From positions 280,364,001-280,428,000 of the forward strand of contig OZ024742.1 of NCBI GenBank assembly GCA_964016885.1: DNA of 64,000 nucleotides, written 5' to 3'. A program made the translations under genes and the position numbers. Shown piece after piece: positions 57,193 to 64,000 of the stretch (position 1 is its first letter; each line of letters starts with the position of its first letter). This DNA comes from Eledone cirrhosa. Taxonomy: Eukaryota. Below the pieces are notes generated by a model, which saw nothing but the letters and a program-made list of their open reading frames with translations, was not told the DNA's origin and ran no database searches.

Positions 57193-60100
57193 ATGGATGT
57201 GTTAAGAGTAGGATGTTTGAATGCACGTGGCCTGGGCTCAACTTGGAAGCAAGCAAAGCTTCTAAATGACCTCAGGTCATGTGGTATAAATGTAATGGTT
57301 ATCTGTGAGACTCGAATCAGCGTCGTGCGGCAGCTGGCCCCTACCTTCGATGACTTTGAGGTGCATGCATCTCTCTGTCAACCTGGAGGTGGGGTGGGGT
57401 TGTCGTACTGCTGCAAAAACACCTGGGTCTTGCCGTACAGGTTGTGCACTCGGACCCGGAGGGTCGTTTGTTGGTGCTAGACGTTGGCAGTAGTGAAGGT
57501 GCGGCCTTGAGACTGGTCGCCGTCTACTCCCCTTTCGGAGCTGAACGGCCCGACTTCTTCCAGCGTTTGGAGACTTTTCTGGGAACGTCGCGTTCCCTGC
57601 TCCTAGCGGGGGTTGGAATGACATCCTAGATGCACGTTGGGACTATGCAGGAGCATGTCCTAATAGAGGGGGGTGTAACAGCCTCAAGGGGTTACTCGAC
57701 CGTTTTAACTTGGTCGATAGATATCGACTAGATTTTCCAACTGTGCCTACCTGGACTTGGAGAAACCACAGTGGTCAATCTAGATCGTACTTAGATAGAT
57801 TCTTAATTAGAAGTAAGGATAGGGACATATTAAGCTGTCCAGAAATGCGCACGGTTGGCTACACGGATCACAAATTAGTGACCTGCGTAGTCAATCTCGA
57901 GAAAACACATAAACAGGGTCCCGGTTACTGGAAACTTAATTTGTCTTTACCGGCAAAAGAGACTTACATAAACGGGATTAGCAGATTAGTTAAGGAGAGG
58001 TTGACGGGTGCAATCGTCAACAACAGATGGTGGGCATCTCTCAAAAGAGAGATTAGAACAGAATCAATAAGTTATAGCAAGATGTTAGCTGCCGATAGGA
58101 ATAGAAACGAGAAAGAATTAACAGGTAAATTAGAAGAGGCAATCAAGAGTGAAGATGTGGCCAGAGTGCTGGCATCGAGGACGGCCTTGAACCAGTTTTT
58201 CGATGCAAAGCACGAAGGCTGCGTCATTCGAAGTAAAATACGTGCTCTAGGTAATGAGGGGGCCAAAGACGTTGGCTGGGCCCGCGTGACAGAAGCTAAG
58301 AATGGAAATCGATCCACCATCCGGTCGTTGTAAGACGAAGATGGACGGGTGATCCGGGAGCCTAAGCAGATGTGCGAGGCCTTTCAAAGGCACTTTGGCC
58401 GATTGTTCGAGGGAGGCGAGGGTCTGGGCGGGGGCGTGGATTTCGGTCCATACCTCGACGGCCTGCTGCGTCTCTCGAGCGAAGAGGCAGAGTCCTGCGA
58501 GGGACCAATCTCGGCTGATGAGATCGGAGATGCGCTGAGCCAATGCATCAGACGCAAATCTCCAGGTCTCGATGGTATACCTTACGAACTTTATTTAGCA
58601 ATGCCGGTCTTCTTCTCCGAACTCCTCGAAGCGGTCTACTGCAATTGGCAGCAGAACGGGAGAATTCCTTGTTCTGTAGCCAAGGGCGTAGTCTCGCTGG
58701 TGAGGAAGGACGAGAACAAGGGAGATAGTATAAATAATTTTCGGCCCATAACCCTGCTAAACACAGAGTTAAAGATTTTGGCCAAGGTGTTAGCAAAGCG
58801 GTTGGCGCTTGTCGTGGGTGGCCTGGTGGGAGATGCGCAGACATGTGCTATCCCATCCAGGTCAATTCACGATAACCTCCACCTCATGCGATACATCATA
58901 GAGAGGGTTGGCAACAAACCCGGATTCGGTGGGGCCCTGATCAACTTAGATCAGTCTAAGGCCTTGGATAGGGTAGACCATGTTTACCTGGATGCGGTGC
59001 TAGCGGCGGCTGGGTTCGGTCCTGTTTTCAGAGGCTGGATCACTGTCTTACATAGCAACCACATCTGTTCTAGGATCAAGGTGAACGGCTACCTTTCGAA
59101 GCCGTTCGAAATCACACGATCCATTCGACAGGGGTGCCCTCTCTCCTACTTCTGTACGTATTGACTCTCGAGCCTCTACTGAGGAAGTTGGAGTTGTTGC
59201 AGGGTATCCTCCTGGAACCAGGATTGAGCAAAGCGGTGTCGGCCTACGCCGATGACGTAACAGTAATGGTATCGACCGACTCGGAGATCGAGGCGATCGG
59301 TACCTTACTGGAGGATTACGAAAGGTTGTCAGGAGCGAAACTGAACCGGGAAAACTCCATCGGGCTGCAACTCGGAACGTGGAGAGGCAGACCGATGCCT
59401 CCCGACGGTGTCGTCGGACACTGGACGGAAGGCCCGGTAAAGTTGCTTGGAGTCTGGTTTGGACCGGACCTCCAGGTGGAAAAGAACTGGAAAGAGGTTA
59501 CGAACAAGGTGTTTGCACTAACCCAGAAATGGGCCAAGTGTAAGCTGTCCCTGAAAGGCCGGGCGGAGGTGGCGAACATTTACATAGCGTCCGTCACTTA
59601 CTACCGCCTGACTGTCGTGCCTTGCCCTAAGGAAACACTCACCACCATGGAACGCATGCTCTTCCAATTTCTTTGGAAGAAGCGCCCTCCTATGGTGAGA
59701 AGATCCATCTGCTGCCAACAACCTTCGAAAGGAGGGCTGGGGATGCCGTGGTTGATGATGCGTAGGCACGCATTAAGGCTACGGCACCTACAGGTATTCC
59801 TCACTGGTCAACCGGTGTGGCCTCCGTTCGTGAAACGAGCCTTTCCGAGACTAGTCTCGCTCACCGTGCTACAGTCCTGGGTCAAGCAAAGATCCGGAAA
59901 ACTGGGAGACTGGCACACTGAGTGTGCTCAGGCGCTCAGGGCTCTCTGGCAAGCGGGCTAGGCCATCGGTGGAGAATCCACCTCATCATTCTATAGAGGG
60001 CTGGTGGCTAGCAGGGGCGATGACACCCTTGGAGAGTCGCTGGTCATGGAAGAAGACGAACCGGCCAGCCTGTTAGGTAGGACTTTCGGCCCAGGACCAA

Positions 60101-60627
60101 TGGACAACTTCCAGAAGTCACTGGTCTGGCAGTGCTACCGAGGGGCTCTACCCGTTCGAGAGAGGCTCTACAGACACGGGCGCCCGGGCAGGGATCCCTC
60201 AAAAAAGATTTGCCCTAGATGCGTGCGTCACGAAGAAACCGTTGCGGACGCATTGGTGCAATGTCCGGGCGTGGCTGATCTGTGGGGCTACGCCGAACGA
60301 CTGCTGTCGCGGGTGGCGCCGATTCAATTGACCGCCGAGTCCGTGATGACAATCAAACCGCCTCCCCTCTTCACAAAGGAAGCAAAGGCGGTTTTTCTGT
60401 GCGTAATAGCCATGTTGAAAGAGGTTGTTTGGTGGACACGATTGAAAGGTCTGAGGTCAGGCAACTTCCTCTCTGGCCATAGTCTGGTCTACTTCTTCCG
60501 ATATCACTTCGGAAGAAGGATAAGAATGGAGAGAGAGGTGCTTGTCCACAGGCAGTTTTATGAAAGGTGGGTGATAGTGGCGAGAATGGCTCGTGTAAAT
60601 GGGCCTTCTCTGTATACCATCCTGTAG
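57193..60627 (+). pseudogene. LINE ORF2 (APE endonuclease, reverse transcriptase, C-terminal Cys motif) with several frameshifts and stops
   Basis: VGCLNARGL, ICET, YLDR, YTDH, GPGYWKLN, KSPGLDG, FRPITLLN, LDQSKALDRVDH, RQGCPLS, AYADD, CPRC. Confidence 0.92.
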
Positions 60628-60843
60628 GTAAAGAAGTAAAGGAGAGGGGAGCACCTTCTCCATGTGCTCCCCGGGCAAAGGATTGCACACTTTTTCGGGG
60701 GTCTGTGCAACCCCATCACGTCCCCTCCCTTTTGAGGTTATTTTCGATTATTTTCATGTTACACCCTTTTTACTCGATTGTATGTAAACTCCCACTTTGT
60801 ATTTGTCCCTTCTTTTTATGCCTTTATGGTAAATAAAGAAATA

Positions 60844-60902
<59 letters not shown>

Positions 60903-61524
60903 TTATCTATCTATCTATGTATCTATCTATCTATCTGTCTATTAACCTAGATAGATAGATAGGTAGATAGTTAGATAAATACACAGATATTAGTAAATAC
61001 CGGTAAATGTGGTGTACTAGTTAAACAACATAAAAAAAAGCTTTCAAACCATTTATATGAATGTTTATGTTTCCGTACTAGGCAGTGTTTATTAGTAGAT
61101 TCTCATTCATATAAGTCAACGTAGAGAGCATGATTAATGTCAAAAGTACAAGATTAAGTGATTATGTTTCTATCAAGTCGAGGTGGGAATATGAAATTTT
61201 ACGTCGATAGGTTAGGCTGAGTGATCGGAAAGAAGAATGTATTTTCCAAAAGGAAACCAAGCCCAAATATATGACAGACCCACATGACAAGGCAACAGAA
61301 ACGGCAACGCAAATATACTCTTGGGAACCAAAATTTCCGTCAATCGACCAGCTTGGAATTTTACTTTATTTTATTTACGTTAAAAACACAAAAAGCAAAG
61401 TTGACCTCGGCAGAGATCCGTAAAAGAATACACATGCACGAACAATATGAATCTGATAACATATAGCAAATAAACAAAGGCGTACTTCGAAACTAAACTA
61501 ATTTTAATATATTATGACGAATTC

Positions 61525-61745
61525 AAGGGCGGTGGATTGGCAGTATCGGTAGAGTGTCGGACGCTATGCTTTGCAACAAAGAGTTATGGCCCTTTATGAG
61601 CTGAGTTCAAATCACGCCGAGGTTAACTTTACCTGTCATCCTTACGGGGTCGATAAAATAAAGTACTAGTCACGTACTGAGGTCGATTTAATCGACTTTC
61701 CACTCCCCAACAGTGCTGGCCTTGTGTCTATATAAGAAACCAATA
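61525..61745 (+). mobile_element. tRNA-derived SINE, most complete copy, with apparent target-site duplication
   Basis: Same head and core as the other copies. AATATATTATGACGAATTCAA occurs at both 61506-61526 and 61742-61762. Confidence 0.85.
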
Positions 61746-62188
61746 TATTATGACGAATTCAAATACAGATGTAAACAATATGCCTGCATAATGTCCAAGT
61801 AACTGCAATTTGTAACAAATGTAACTGCAATTTGCTGAACTTCGGTATATTACCCATCATGCACACAAAAGCAAACAAACTCACTCATACCTATCACATA
61901 ACTGTGTATATATATATATATATATATATGTACTCTTTACGAAAGTCGCCGTAGTTATTTCAGTGACCTCAGATCATGACACATTCACTCCAAGCTACCT
62001 TACGGTTGTGAAAGTGCATCCCGATGTTCAGAGTGCACGCATTATAGTTATTCAGAGAGTGGGAATCAGTGTCCTGGTAAAGTTACGTCACACATCATCT
62101 AATATATATACATATATATAAGATGATGTGACGTCGGGACTTTGAAAAAAAAATAGGTATATTATATATATCATTTCCTCTTATTTTG

Positions 62189-62244
<56 letters not shown>

Positions 62245-62247
<3 letters not shown>

Positions 62248-63395
62248 TGCTTCCTCTTTCTCTGTATATTTACCCTCTCTAACAGTCACTCTCTCTGTTA
62301 GCCCATTCCTCACCCTTCACTCACTCTCTGATACTACCTCTCCTCCTCCTCCTCCTCCCCCTCCTCCTTCTTCCCGTTTGACCTGTGCGTAATTCTTTTC
62401 TTTCGCACCCTTGGTCAGGCAGGTTTCCCCTTTTTTCTCTCCCTCGTCTACGATTTCACAGAACTTATGTTCACTGAATTCACAGACTAGATTCCTTTTT
62501 CCTCCCGTTAGACCTGTGCGGAATTCCTTCCTTGCTCACATTCCAACCAGGTTTGATGGTCTTTATTCTCTCTTGTTCACGATTTCACCCAACATATATT
62601 CATGGAAATTTGGGACTTGACTCCTTCTTCCTCATTTTTCGTTGCTTCACCATCTTTGTTTGTTTACACTCTCGTGTCCCCTTTATTTACGTGTTCCAAC
62701 GACTTATTTTAGCCGTTGCACGCACCAACCGGAGGTATATGGTCTTTAAAGCGATGAAATACCAATGATGGTTGGAAGATCACTGCTGAAGGACTAACTT
62801 TATTCATATATAGCAGCCACGCAGCACGTTTATTCTCATATTTACACATATTTTTTCCCTCGCTGTGACCCGTCTATTTCGTTCTTACTGCTTCCTCTTT
62901 CTCTGTATCTTTACCCTCTCTAACAGTCACTCTCTCTGTTAGTCTATTCCTCACCCTTCACTCACTCACTCTCTGTTACTACCTCTCCTCCTCCTCCTTC
63001 TTCCTGTTTGACCTGTGCGTAATTCTTTTCTTTCGCACCCTTGGTCAGGCAGGTTTCCTTTTTTTTCTCTCTCTCTCGTCTAGATTCCTTTTTCCTCCCG
63101 TTAGACCTGTACGGAATTCCTTCCTTGCTCACATTCCAACCAGGTTTGATGGTCTTTATTCTCTCTTGTTCACGATTTCACCGAACATATATTCATGGAA
63201 ATTTTGGACTTGACTCCTTCTTCCTCACTTTTCGTTGCTTCACCATCTTTGTTTGTTTACACTCTCGTGTCCCCTTTATTTACGTGTCCCAACGACTTTT
63301 TTTAGCCGTTGCACGCACCAACCGGAGGTATATGGTCTTTAAAGCGATGAAATACCAATGATGGTTGGAAGATCACTGATGAAGGACTAACTTTA

Positions 63396-63400
<5 letters not shown>
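62245..63400. repeat. About 1.9 units of a ~600 bp direct repeat between (TA)n tracts
   Basis: 62245-62810 is similar to 62887-63400 with indels; a related terminal segment lies at 46226-46325. Confidence 0.9.
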
Positions 63401-63444
<44 letters not shown>

Positions 63445-63707
63445 GCGTGTGTGTATGTGTCTGTGTGCGTGCGTGTGAGTATGTGTGTTTCTGTATCGAA
63501 TTTGAAATGTGTGCAACATAAAGCAAATGAGAATTATAATAGGGTAACACCGTTTAGTTGCGATACATACGTAAACACGACAATTCACAGACGCGTGCAC
63601 GCACGACAAACACAAACACACAAATGCAAACACAGACACTTACATCCGTTTATATATAAATATATATATATATATAGTTTTGAGTATAAGTTGGTTGTTT
63701 ACCGACA

Positions 63708-63863
<156 letters not shown>

Positions 63864-63874
63864 TTATATATTTT

Positions 63875-63939
<65 letters not shown>

Positions 63940-64000
63940 ATTCACATGGCTTTCATCACTAATTTAATGCAATGCAAATCAGATGACAAAGCTTCAATAT

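Larger units (their letters stand above)
55416..60842 (+). mobile_element. Near full-length Tx1/L1-type LINE inserted in (ATCT)n
   Basis: Two-ORF structure; 3' end AATAAAGAAAT at 60832-60842; (ATCT)n on both sides (55326-55415 and 60844-60937). Confidence 0.93.

Overview
AT-rich, microsatellite-saturated animal genomic DNA. The repeat content suggests a cephalopod (octopus-like) genome, but this is an inference. No host protein-coding gene is recognisable, and most ORF-track entries are artefacts of (TA)n/(TG)n/(CA)n tracts. Recognisable elements are a decayed hAT-like transposase, RTE, CR1 and Jockey/I-like LINE remnants, two Tx1/L1-type LINEs each bordered by a simple repeat, Penelope-like elements (two Neptune-type, one Naiad-type), tRNA-derived SINEs and a Helitron-like non-autonomous element. 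The main hidden structure is a dense set of short non-coding inserts, mostly in (TA)n tracts, that carry type I hammerhead ribozyme (HHR) motifs. There are about 14 complete or near-complete motifs from about 9 unrelated families, plus several 3' half-motifs. They occur in three architectures: (1) fold-back palindromes with one long-tailed and one short arm, several folding within the ribozyme stem II region; (2) a tandem pair of HHRs 464 nt apart with retrozyme/circular-RNA architecture; (3) a tRNA-headed SINE ending in an HHR. All ribozyme calls come from pairing the sequence by eye; activity is untested.
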